From positions 1 through 37,000 of the forward strand of contig CAZPWM010000027.1 of the NCBI GenBank assembly GCA_964590575.1: a DNA stretch of 37,000 nucleotides. The letters run 5' to 3'. How positions within the stretch are numbered: the stretch's first letter is position 1; each line of letters starts with the position of its first letter. The notes under the pieces were generated by a model. That model searched no databases, had not been told where the DNA came from, and saw only the letters and a list, made by a program, of their open reading frames with translations. This DNA comes from an uncultured archaeon (GTDB taxonomy: Archaea; Asgardarchaeota; Thorarchaeia; Thorarchaeales; Thorarchaeaceae). Both the position numbers and the translations under genes were made by a program. Shown here in pieces: positions 10,306 to 18,945 of the stretch.

Positions 10306-10692
10306 ATGAAAATGAAGATTACACGAGTTTCAACAGATAATGCACCAAAGGCAATTGGCCCATATTCTCAAGGCATCAAGGCAAACGGGTTTGTTTTTTG
10401 TTCTGGACAGATTCCAGCAAACCCTGAAACTGGAGAACTGGTGACCGGATCTATCACGAATCAGACTAAACAATCTCTCTCTAATGTGAAAGGAGTGATT
10501 GAAGCAGCAGGTTCCTCAATGGACAAAGTCGTGAAATGCACGGTATTCCTCAAGAATATGAATGACTTCTCTGAGATGAATGCAGAGTATGCCAAGTGGT
10601 TTTCGGATCCACCACCTGCTCGTGCAGCAGTTGAAGTTGCTCGTCTGCCAAAAGACGTTAGTATTGAGATCGAGGCAATTGCATTATTGTAA
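10306..10692 (+). CDS. ridA: RidA family reactive-intermediate deaminase
   Basis: '[10 protein letters not shown]', 'SGQIP', '[23 protein letters not shown]' with the catalytic Arg. Start uncertain (10297, 10306 or 10312). Confidence 0.93.
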   Translation: MKMKITRVSTDNAPKAIGPYSQGIKANGFVFCSGQIPANPETGELVTGSITNQTKQSLSNVKGVIEAAGSSMDKVVKCTVFLKNMNDFSEMNAEYAKWFSDPPPARAAVEVARLPKDVSIEIEAIALL

Positions 10693-10885
10693 TCTAAGCA
10701 ATCTAGAAGGATATAGGCTAATATAAGCCCCAGTTCAACAACTGTGTATTGTCAGGACTATACCGACGTTATTCGCTGGGGAGTAAATGGGTACGCGCCG
10801 CTGTGTCACCGCACTTAATCACAAACCGAACTCTTATATTGTGGTTCGATTGGCACCATTGTGCATATCGAGCCAGGTGAATCAT

Positions 10886-12046
10886 TTGAGCGGACAACAA
10901 AGAAAACTCGGTGTGGTTTTAGCTATTACGGTGCTGGTTGTTATAGGTGCCTTTGGAGCAGTGATGGTAATGGTCCCAAATGTACCAAATCTGGACCCAG
11001 TCCCTGAAGTCCTTCTTACTGGAGGGGATGGAAGAACAACAAGCATCACTCTCACAGAAATGACCGAGATGACGGTAATCGATAGAAACGGTTCATATCA
11101 GAATTCATATGGTAACGTTCGAGGAGAAGGAAACTACAAGGGGATACTGATAGCAGATCTTGTGAACTTGGTTGGGGGTATGCAGGACATAGATCTAGTC
11201 ACCATAATTGCTGATGATGGATACAATCAGACCTTTGAGTACAGCAAAGTCTTTCCCAATGCATCCATATGGGGTATACAAGGGGATATGGTTCTGGCAT
11301 ACGAATTTAATGGGTCAATTGTTCCGGACTACGAGGATGGGTACAAACTCATGTTCCTTCCAGAGGATGGATATTACGACAATGCTGATGCTAATGCAAC
11401 AACAGATCCAGACCCATATGCTGCTGGACCTCAATGTGTATCCAATGTGGTTGAGATTCGAGTCATTAGCATGACACCTGCATTGGTTGTTGATGTTGCA
11501 GACACGATTCAACATTTCAGCTTCGGCGAGATATTTGGAATGACGTCAGTCACGGGTGAGGGAGGATACAAGAAAACATCAGGTACAATCGCCGGTCCCA
11601 ATACTTTCACAGGAGTCACCGTCTTGTCACTCCTTGTACATGTCGCGACTCTTCCTGCAAACTACACAGTGACAGCCTATTCTCGTGATGGAAGGACTAC
11701 TGAATATACAAAGGCAATTGTGGAAGGAACTGTGAATGGATACACTCCAACAGGAGACCCTCTTGATTCAATTGAATCTACAATGGTACTAGCATATCTG
11801 ATCAATGGAGCACCTCTTGAAACTGGAGATGGACCTCTCAGGGTTGTCTTTTTGAACGAAGATGGTAATCTCACGGACGGCACTAGATGGGCAAAAGATG
11901 TAGTGAATATCACTGTCACAGAAGTGCCTCTTTCAGGATTGGTTCTAGAGGTACAAAATGTTTCAGTGACAGGTGAGTCACTGGTTGAAATGCAATTATG
12001 CAGTCAGAGCAAGCTTTTTACCTATACAGTCATGCGCAGATTTTAG
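10886..12046 (+). CDS. Membrane-anchored extracellular protein with two tandem molybdopterin-oxidoreductase-like domains
   Basis: TTG at 10886 follows AGGTGA. N-terminal TM helix. Two repeats: 'YKG..IADL / A.DGY / MVLAYEFNG / GYKLM / VSNVVEI' and 'FTG..VLSL / SRDG / MVLAYLING / GPLRV / AKDVVNI'. Nine N-x-S/T sequons. Confidence 0.65.
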   Translation: MSGQQRKLGVVLAITVLVVIGAFGAVMVMVPNVPNLDPVPEVLLTGGDGRTTSITLTEMTEMTVIDRNGSYQNSYGNVRGEGNYKGILIADLVNLVGGMQDIDLVTIIADDGYNQTFEYSKVFPNASIWGIQGDMVLAYEFNGSIVPDYEDGYKLMFLPEDGYYDNADANATTDPDPYAAGPQCVSNVVEIRVISMTPALVVDVADTIQHFSFGEIFGMTSVTGEGGYKKTSGTIAGPNTFTGVTVLSLLVHVATLPANYTVTAYSRDGRTTEYTKAIVEGTVNGYTPTGDPLDSIESTMVLAYLINGAPLETGDGPLRVVFLNEDGNLTDGTRWAKDVVNITVTEVPLSGLVLEVQNVSVTGESLVEMQLCSQSKLFTYTVMRRF

Positions 12047-12067
12047 AAAACCATGGAGAATTGACCG

Positions 12068-12697
12068 TTGGATCCGACCTATTCCGAAGGTGGAGAGGTA
12101 GACTCTCTTGTAGAACAAGCCTCTTCATTAATTAAGAAGCAGTTATTCAATGAAGCAGTTACTAAGCTTCAGAGAGGGCTCTCTGTCGATCCAACAAATG
12201 TACAAGCTTTGGAGAGCCTAGTTGTCTGCAATTTGGAGCTAGGGAAACCAAAGATGGCAATTCAAGCATTGAATAGCCTCCTTAAAATTGAGCCTACATC
12301 CTCATCTAAATGGGGAGATAAAGGCTTCATCCACCTAATGCTCAATGAAAACTCTGAGGGAATTGGAGCGTTAAGACAGAGCCTCAAGTTACAACCACGA
12401 GATGTTCGTAAATGGGAACTACTCGCAACTGCGCTTATCTCTGAGGAACAGTGGGAGGAAGCAATTGATACTTTGGAAAAATCATTGGACTTGGACCCAT
12501 CCTCTGCAGTAACGTGGTATAATTTAGCGGTCTGCTATCTATACTTCGAGGATTTCTCAGCTGCAATCCAAGCAGCTGAGTATGCAATTACAATCGACCC
12601 CTCCATAGCTGAGCTAGCGGAGGAGTGGATGGACCTTATTGATGAGGATTTCATCGAGGAAGAGTATCCATCAATTGACGGAATAGCTGCATCTTAG
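12068..12697 (+). CDS. Tetratricopeptide-repeat protein with acidic tail
   Basis: About 5 tandem TPRs (A...L..AL.LDP, W..LA). C-terminus EEWMDLIDEDFIEEEY. Confidence 0.88.
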   Translation: MDPTYSEGGEVDSLVEQASSLIKKQLFNEAVTKLQRGLSVDPTNVQALESLVVCNLELGKPKMAIQALNSLLKIEPTSSSKWGDKGFIHLMLNENSEGIGALRQSLKLQPRDVRKWELLATALISEEQWEEAIDTLEKSLDLDPSSAVTWYNLAVCYLYFEDFSAAIQAAEYAITIDPSIAELAEEWMDLIDEDFIEEEYPSIDGIAAS

Positions 12698-12712
12698 AAA
12701 TATCTATGTATC

Positions 12713-14620
12713 CTAATTGCTTGTACCTGGTTTTTCTTCAGGATTAATCTTCTCGATTTCCTTTTGAATAGCCTTTTGAGCGTCTTTAAGCTTGAATTCA
12801 TCTGCTGCTACAAGAGCTTGTTCAAGTGCAGCGAGTATTTGGCTCGTTTCAAGTGTTCTCTCAGTTTCATTTACTATGGTATGAAGTGCTTCGATCTTCT
12901 TAGGCAGCACACTCAGAAGACCTTCAATTGCTTCTTGAGCCTCTTCTTTTGATGTGAATGATGTGTCTTGTTCAGAGTCGTAGGAAGTCACTATTCTGTC
13001 TATCTGACCATATAGTCGTCTATATTCATCCAGCGCCCGTGTAAGAATCTGTTTCACTTCACCTTCAGAGTCTGCATGTTCAAGAGCAGATTCCAGTTTT
13101 TCTATAGCACTCTCAAGAAACTCCTTTCGCTCTGGTAGTTTCGTGCGTTTACGTTCCTTCCAACGCCATTCATTGGAAATCTGCCGGGTTAAGGCAAGTG
13201 CATTATTGATAGTTTCTCGAAACACATCAAACTTAGACATGGCTGCATTCAGGTCTTTTTCGAGTGTTTCGATAACGTGTGTGAGCTGGTAACTGAGCAT
13301 GTCACTAGCTTGTGCTTCTGCTAGTACATAACTCTCCTTGATTGCCCGACCAGCCAACCCCCACAAGCGCTCGATGTCCTCAGGAGACCTATCAGTTCTT
13401 TTTCGAATATCAAGTTCCTCTGACAGTTGTTGAATCTCGTGACTGATTGTCTGTAGCTCTTGGATTTTAGCTTTCAGAAGTGCTTTGCCAAGTCTGGTGT
13501 TCAGTTCATCAGTGAGGATCTGACGTTCTTCAGGAACTTCTTGGAGCGCATGAGTATTATCAATTAGCAATTGCAGCGCATGCTCATAATCAAGTACAGA
13601 TTCATGAAACAATCCGTCTTGATAATGTTGATCCGCTTTCTTCTCAAGTTCAAGAGCTCCTTCTAGCACATCATACGGAGATGTCTTTAGCAAGCTATCA
13701 GCTAGAATGGGAGGAGAATCAGAACAAACATCAAAAGGTCTTCCTGCGGTTATCAGTCGGACTATTGTGATCCCTTCCTGCGTTGCGATATAGAGAAGAT
13801 CGTGATCAGCTTTGACCCATTCTATCGTCTGGCTATCTATCTGCAGCTCTCCAATCTCTTCCCCTCTCTTCAAGTCCCACATAGTAACAATCCCGTTTGC
13901 CATCGCGGACACTAGGTAGTAACTACTTGCCCACATAGATGTAATTGGATGTGAACTCCTTGACTCAAGAGTCCGAACCAGACCCCATTCAACGCGATCA
14001 TAGACATCAATCTCACCAATTGATGTTCCCACCAACACAAATTCATTATTCCCTGAGAGAACTCCACCCTTGCCCTTCTTATCTAATCGAGCCAGTTCAG
14101 AAGGTGCAGTATCACGGTCTTTCAACCATACATGGGGTTCCTCTTTTTTTGTGCTGGTGCATATGATTTTGTCATCAGACCAGAGACTTGTAAGGTCTGA
14201 TTTGTGAAGTTGCCAACTTGAGGTTTCATGTGTATCTTTCTGGATAGATACTAATCTTCCATCCCTTGCCCCCACATAGAAATAATCTCCATGAAGAGTC
14301 GAGGTCAAAGCCTGATAGCTTAACTCAAACCACCCAGTTAATCCCCAAGTTTCTTTCTTCCAGACATAGACTCTGCGTTCACATGTAGCAAAGACTTGAG
14401 TGTTATCGACATCAACAATAAGTGGAGGCGTATCAGTATCCTTTAGTTCAGCCACTTTCCGCCAATCGGTTTTCGACCAAACCCGTACTCGATAATCTTG
14501 GCAAGCAGCATACAAATAATGCTCATCATATGTAATATCAACTGCAGGTGCATCTAGTTTGATTACTATCTCATGACTTAGAGATGCACTGTCATTTGAG
14601 CCCAAGGAGCCTTTATCCAT
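12713..14620 (-). CDS. WD40-like beta-propeller fused to helical (MIT-like/coiled-coil) C-terminal region
   Basis: aa 1-290 contain about 7 repeats of ~40 aa ('DYRVRVWS', 'RRVYVWK', 'DGRLVS', 'GEIDVYD', 'NGIVTMWD'). aa 318-635 are E/K/L/A-rich helices. Confidence 0.8.
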   Translation of the reverse strand: MDKGSLGSNDSASLSHEIVIKLDAPAVDITYDEHYLYAACQDYRVRVWSKTDWRKVAELKDTDTPPLIVDVDNTQVFATCERRVYVWKKETWGLTGWFELSYQALTSTLHGDYFYVGARDGRLVSIQKDTHETSSWQLHKSDLTSLWSDDKIICTSTKKEEPHVWLKDRDTAPSELARLDKKGKGGVLSGNNEFVLVGTSIGEIDVYDRVEWGLVRTLESRSSHPITSMWASSYYLVSAMANGIVTMWDLKRGEEIGELQIDSQTIEWVKADHDLLYIATQEGITIVRLITAGRPFDVCSDSPPILADSLLKTSPYDVLEGALELEKKADQHYQDGLFHESVLDYEHALQLLIDNTHALQEVPEERQILTDELNTRLGKALLKAKIQELQTISHEIQQLSEELDIRKRTDRSPEDIERLWGLAGRAIKESYVLAEAQASDMLSYQLTHVIETLEKDLNAAMSKFDVFRETINNALALTRQISNEWRWKERKRTKLPERKEFLESAIEKLESALEHADSEGEVKQILTRALDEYRRLYGQIDRIVTSYDSEQDTSFTSKEEAQEAIEGLLSVLPKKIEALHTIVNETERTLETSQILAALEQALVAADEFKLKDAQKAIQKEIEKINPEEKPGTSN

Positions 14621-14669
14621 AATGTCGCCCCAAGATTTTCAATAAGTGTTCTCCCTCAATTTTAGAGTG

Positions 14670-14787
14670 CTTAAGGGTGTTTCTTTCACAGCTAAATGGC
14701 TGAAAATGAGGCTAATTTGTTATTTTAAGGAACTCAATACATGATACAATCGTTGAAAAGGGAGGACCCACACAGAAAGAACTTAAG
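14670..14787. promoter_or_regulatory. Putative divergent BRE/TATA promoter pair
   Basis: On +, GAAAGAACTTAAG at 14775-14787 lies 45 nt before the 14832 start. On -, GAAAGAAACACCCTTAAG at 14687-14670 lies 50 nt before the 14620 start. SD GGAGGT at 14819-14824. Confidence 0.45.
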
Positions 14788-14831
14788 ACATCCACCACCA
14801 AAAACAGTCATATTAGACGGAGGTAGGCATC

Positions 14832-17522
14832 TTGGATACCAGCGGATGGAGACGAGAATTAGATAGACTCGCGGAATTAAAAGGAATCCTTGTTTCAGTC
14901 AACCCTGCGATGGAAGAGCAAGCGGACCGACAGGTTCGACAGCTCTACGACATCTTCGCAAACTTGACCAAGATGGAAAATGATCTTGCCACATCAGGAT
15001 TTATGAAAAAGAGAAAGTTTCAAGCTCAGGTCGACAAGACAAGTAATGATCTTGAAACAGATTTTATGAGAGTAACTCGTGACTTTGCAGAGTATTTTCG
15101 TAAGGAACACAAAGACACACTTACCATTACACCAAAGATTCAGGCAATCAAACCCGCAGAGGTTAAGGGAATCATGGCTCTGAATTTTCCTGGTATTGGA
15201 GCGGGAGATATCAAGGATTTTGCGAAACTTCATGAGTTTGCTAAGGCATTCTCAAAACTCTACAGTGTCATTCATGAAGACGTCGAGCGGGATGTTAAAT
15301 CAACTCTTGATGAGAACAAGGCCATAGTAGATACCTATGAACGACACATCACGATAGACAAAAGCGAGGTTGCTACAACAGTATCCAATGATGATGTAAT
15401 CGGTATGTCCCTAAGGGATCTTATCATTTTGAATGAAAAACTACAGGTAGATAGACAGTTTCTAGATGGCAGGAAAGATGAAGTAAGTAGACTACTCAGT
15501 TCATCACTTGTTGGTTCTACAGAATCTCTCCAAGCATCTGTGGAAACTGCGGCTAGACTTGGTCTGGAACTTCCAATGGAGTTCTCCCAAGAACTAAGAA
15601 TAATCGCTAGGGATGCCTCCAAGGCAGACACGCTCACAGCTCTAATATCTCTTGAGAACCAGCTTCACTCAGCACGGTTGAAGGTAGCTAATGCACTCCG
15701 TGACAGAATCATAAACATCAAACATGAAGTAACAACGAAGATAGTAGCAGGTGGAATCCCCACGACTGCTGATGTCATCCCAACGCCACCAAATGTGAGT
15801 GTGGAAGGAGACGAAATTGCACCCCTATTATCCAGCTACCAGCGTATGGTTGAGTGGGAAGGACAGGTGAAAATCGCTCTCAGAGAACGTTTGTTTGAGC
15901 TGCTTGATGATATCGAGAAAGCGACAGAAGCCCCCGATGATGCTGGAATTAAGGATATAGTTGCAGTGCGTCAGTTCATCGCAGACTCGAAGAAAACTTT
16001 GAAGAAAGCGGGTATCGACGATATGGTCAGAGTCTATCTCCAATCTAAGACGATGGATGATGAATATCGTAAAAACATCACTGAGAGTATCCGCGGTTAT
16101 TTAACTAGATTTAATGAACTAGCAACTTCAGCTGACCGAGTCCTCGATCATGCTCAACTAAGCAAGAAAGCTCCTAAGGTTGAGGAACTTGAGGGTGGCA
16201 TTGTCTACTTGCTTGGTTCACTAAAAAGTCTAAAAGACGCTGTCGAGAGCGGCGTTGCTACATTCCGAGAAGCTTGTGAACAAGAGATTGATGCCATCGT
16301 GCATGACCTCCAGACGGTCAAGCCAGCTTATGCTGAAATTTTCATGCCCATCATCATTGACCTAGATGAGGGATCAAATAGAATCAAACTATTGGATGAC
16401 TTTGCTGAAATCAAGTCTGAGATGCGGTCTATCAAGGATAACATTCTCGTCAAAGCGAAAGATGCACTAGAGAACCTCAGGTACAGACTTGGTGTTAAAA
16501 TAAGATTGGCTGCAGCCAAGTTAATGGGTGCAGGAGTGGAAATACCACCTGAAGCACAAGAAGCAATTAGTGAACTGAATAATGTTGGCGTAGCTGCTGA
16601 TACAGTATTCAGTCTACCAGCAATAGCACGAAAAATGGTAGAGATTTACGAAAAGAAGATTCAGGAGAAGATAGTTGAGAAGCTCGGAGTCGAAGTTGAT
16701 TCGCTCATATCTAGTCTTGACAGAGCAAGTAGTATTGGCGTGAAACTTGGAAAGGAATTGAAAATGCTCAACGACCTCAAGACCAATCCACCAACTGAGC
16801 TCGAAGACGCAGCGGAGGCATTTGACAAACTCATGAATCTGACTACTTCGCCTAATGTTCACAAGAAAATCAGGGAACGAGTAGACGAGGCATACGTTCA
16901 GATTAAAGGAGCGCTATCATTGTTCGAGGAACAGGGTATGTCTGAATTTGTCGAACGTCTGAAAGTTCTCATTGATCAAGTTCCAGCTAAACTGGAAACA
17001 GATTCACCGCATGTGAATGAAGCATTAGATGTCTGTCTGACATTGGCAAACATCCAGGAAGAGATGCTCCAGATGATCAAGAGTATGGCTAGTAAGAATG
17101 GCGAAGCACACGAAGCTGAGTTGAAGGAGAAAAGTCAGTACTACTCAACAATTCAGAGAGTAGCTGAGAATCATCCTGCGGACTTCAGTAAGCTTGTGTT
17201 TGATATCAAGAAGATGAAGTCACTCGAGGAGGGTCTTACCGAAGCTGTTGACCTAGATGTAGCGATTGCAAACTTCCATGAGCTTGGAAGGCTACGTAAA
17301 CAGTGGTTGGACAAGGCGGTTTCAATGGATGACTGGCACAAGTCACTCAGAATGTTCATGACAGGTTTCAGTCCAGCTGACAAACCAGAAGTACGTGACA
17401 AATTCATTGATGACGCCATAAGGAAAATAAGAGAGACCTACAGCAGAGAGGATATTAGTTCCTACCTCAGTTGGGCCATCAAAGAGAGCGCTCTAGCTTT
17501 GGTCGATTCAAGGAAGAAATAG
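14832..17522 (+). CDS. Large alpha-helical/coiled-coil repeat protein, function unknown (896 aa)
   Basis: Long ORF with strong SD, E/K/L/A/D-rich helices, recurring G-[LVI]-x-[LI]-P turns. No TM segment and no Walker A motif seen. Confidence 0.8.
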   Translation: MDTSGWRRELDRLAELKGILVSVNPAMEEQADRQVRQLYDIFANLTKMENDLATSGFMKKRKFQAQVDKTSNDLETDFMRVTRDFAEYFRKEHKDTLTITPKIQAIKPAEVKGIMALNFPGIGAGDIKDFAKLHEFAKAFSKLYSVIHEDVERDVKSTLDENKAIVDTYERHITIDKSEVATTVSNDDVIGMSLRDLIILNEKLQVDRQFLDGRKDEVSRLLSSSLVGSTESLQASVETAARLGLELPMEFSQELRIIARDASKADTLTALISLENQLHSARLKVANALRDRIINIKHEVTTKIVAGGIPTTADVIPTPPNVSVEGDEIAPLLSSYQRMVEWEGQVKIALRERLFELLDDIEKATEAPDDAGIKDIVAVRQFIADSKKTLKKAGIDDMVRVYLQSKTMDDEYRKNITESIRGYLTRFNELATSADRVLDHAQLSKKAPKVEELEGGIVYLLGSLKSLKDAVESGVATFREACEQEIDAIVHDLQTVKPAYAEIFMPIIIDLDEGSNRIKLLDDFAEIKSEMRSIKDNILVKAKDALENLRYRLGVKIRLAAAKLMGAGVEIPPEAQEAISELNNVGVAADTVFSLPAIARKMVEIYEKKIQEKIVEKLGVEVDSLISSLDRASSIGVKLGKELKMLNDLKTNPPTELEDAAEAFDKLMNLTTSPNVHKKIRERVDEAYVQIKGALSLFEEQGMSEFVERLKVLIDQVPAKLETDSPHVNEALDVCLTLANIQEEMLQMIKSMASKNGEAHEAELKEKSQYYSTIQRVAENHPADFSKLVFDIKKMKSLEEGLTEAVDLDVAIANFHELGRLRKQWLDKAVSMDDWHKSLRMFMTGFSPADKPEVRDKFIDDAIRKIRETYSREDISSYLSWAIKESALALVDSRKK

Positions 17523-17534
17523 GAGTAAAAATCA

Positions 17535-18929
17535 ATGTTCGGTAGCAGTCCACCTAAAAAACCCGTTGAGAGTGATGACACGACAAAAGCAGCCGAAGTC
17601 TTCGCCATTGGAATTGGTGAATGTGGCTCAAATATAGTGGGATCGTATCTGCAGACTAGCAGGGATAAGAAACTACCCTCAAGAGTAAGAGGCTATTTAC
17701 TCATCAACACTGACAGAGCAGACCTTACAAAGGTGCGTCAAAAATACGGCATCCCGAAAGAGAACACGCTCCTATATGGTGCAAGTGAAATCGGTGTCGG
17801 TGGTCGTTTCATGGATGGGTATAATTCCATTATGGAATCCAAAGATATCATTTTCGACCAACTCGGTAATCTTGGCTTTGAGGGTGTATCAGGTTTCTGT
17901 ATCTTCACGAGCTTGGGTGGAGGAACAGGTTGTGGAGGTACCCCAGCACTAATTGAATTACTTAAGCAGAGATTCCAAGAGGAAGAAGGACGTCGGATTT
18001 TCGTCTATGTTGTTGGCATACTTCCGTTCGAAGGGCAGTCCAGCGAGGCACTAAACTCAATCTGGGCTGTATCCAAGTTACTACGTGCACAACTGCAAGA
18101 ACGTGGAGCAGACCTTACAATACTTCTGTCGAACAGAACTATGTTGAAGAGAATCCTACAGTGGAGAAAAGGTGATACTGTTGACTACCTTCGAAGAGAA
18201 CTTGAAGTTGACATCGCCGATATTGATTCAATTGAAACAATGGTACCATCTACCTTAGAAGAAGCCACTGCAGTGGAGGCTCGAACTGAACAGGCGTTCG
18301 TTGAGCTTGTTAACCCCTTAGCACTGGATGTAGTTGAAGCAATGCTCTCTCCTGGTGTCTGGGAGAAATCAAAGGATGTGTTCCCAACAACAGACCTTGC
18401 TGATTATGCAAGAAAATTGGACCCAGTTGTAGTGCCAGCACTCTATGCAGACATAGGTCTAATTCCTGATGCAGGAAGCATGCCTAAACAACTCAAGGCA
18501 ATGATTGACTATGCTGTAACAGAGTGTTCCTACGCAGATGTTGGTGATGAACCGAATGCTGAGAGTGTCTACTATGTCATGTCTGGACCAAGCAATATAG
18601 CAAAAGCCGAATATGGAATGCACCTTAAGGAAGCTCTAGACAAATTCATTGCTCCTGGTGCAGCGATAACGCCCTGCTACGTGCAATACCATGACAAAAA
18701 TCCATCAACAAGCTTACTACTTCTTCTGGGGCTTCCAAAGATTCCTGAACTAGTCCAAATAATAAATGAAGCAACGCAGCTAGTCAATCTACATAGTGGT
18801 GCTTCGCCATTGAAGCAGGGCTGGTTCATGAGGTCAAAAGGAACCACTCGAAAAGAACTTGTCGATGCAATCAACGACTTCCGTGAGTTGTTCAGCTACT
18901 ACATGACTCCAAGTGACGCAGTAGAATAA
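17535..18929 (+). CDS. Divergent tubulin/FtsZ-superfamily GTPase
   Basis: T1 'GIGECGSNI', T2 'INTD..DL', T3 'GVGG', T4 signature 'SLGGGTGCG', T5 'ILPFEG', T6 'LSN', T7-like 'TDLADY'. Confidence 0.92.
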   Translation: MFGSSPPKKPVESDDTTKAAEVFAIGIGECGSNIVGSYLQTSRDKKLPSRVRGYLLINTDRADLTKVRQKYGIPKENTLLYGASEIGVGGRFMDGYNSIMESKDIIFDQLGNLGFEGVSGFCIFTSLGGGTGCGGTPALIELLKQRFQEEEGRRIFVYVVGILPFEGQSSEALNSIWAVSKLLRAQLQERGADLTILLSNRTMLKRILQWRKGDTVDYLRRELEVDIADIDSIETMVPSTLEEATAVEARTEQAFVELVNPLALDVVEAMLSPGVWEKSKDVFPTTDLADYARKLDPVVVPALYADIGLIPDAGSMPKQLKAMIDYAVTECSYADVGDEPNAESVYYVMSGPSNIAKAEYGMHLKEALDKFIAPGAAITPCYVQYHDKNPSTSLLLLLGLPKIPELVQIINEATQLVNLHSGASPLKQGWFMRSKGTTRKELVDAINDFRELFSYYMTPSDAVE

Positions 18930-18945
18930 ATTTGGCGGTGACAAA

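Noticed and set aside
14832-17522. SMC/Rad50 or dynamin-like annotation
   Set aside because: No Walker A/B, signature motif, zinc hook or GTPase motif is visible.
17535-18929. Calling the GTPase ftsZ, cetZ or bona fide tubulin
   Set aside because: Motifs are mixed and none of the family-specific sets is complete; phylogeny is needed, so no symbol was given.
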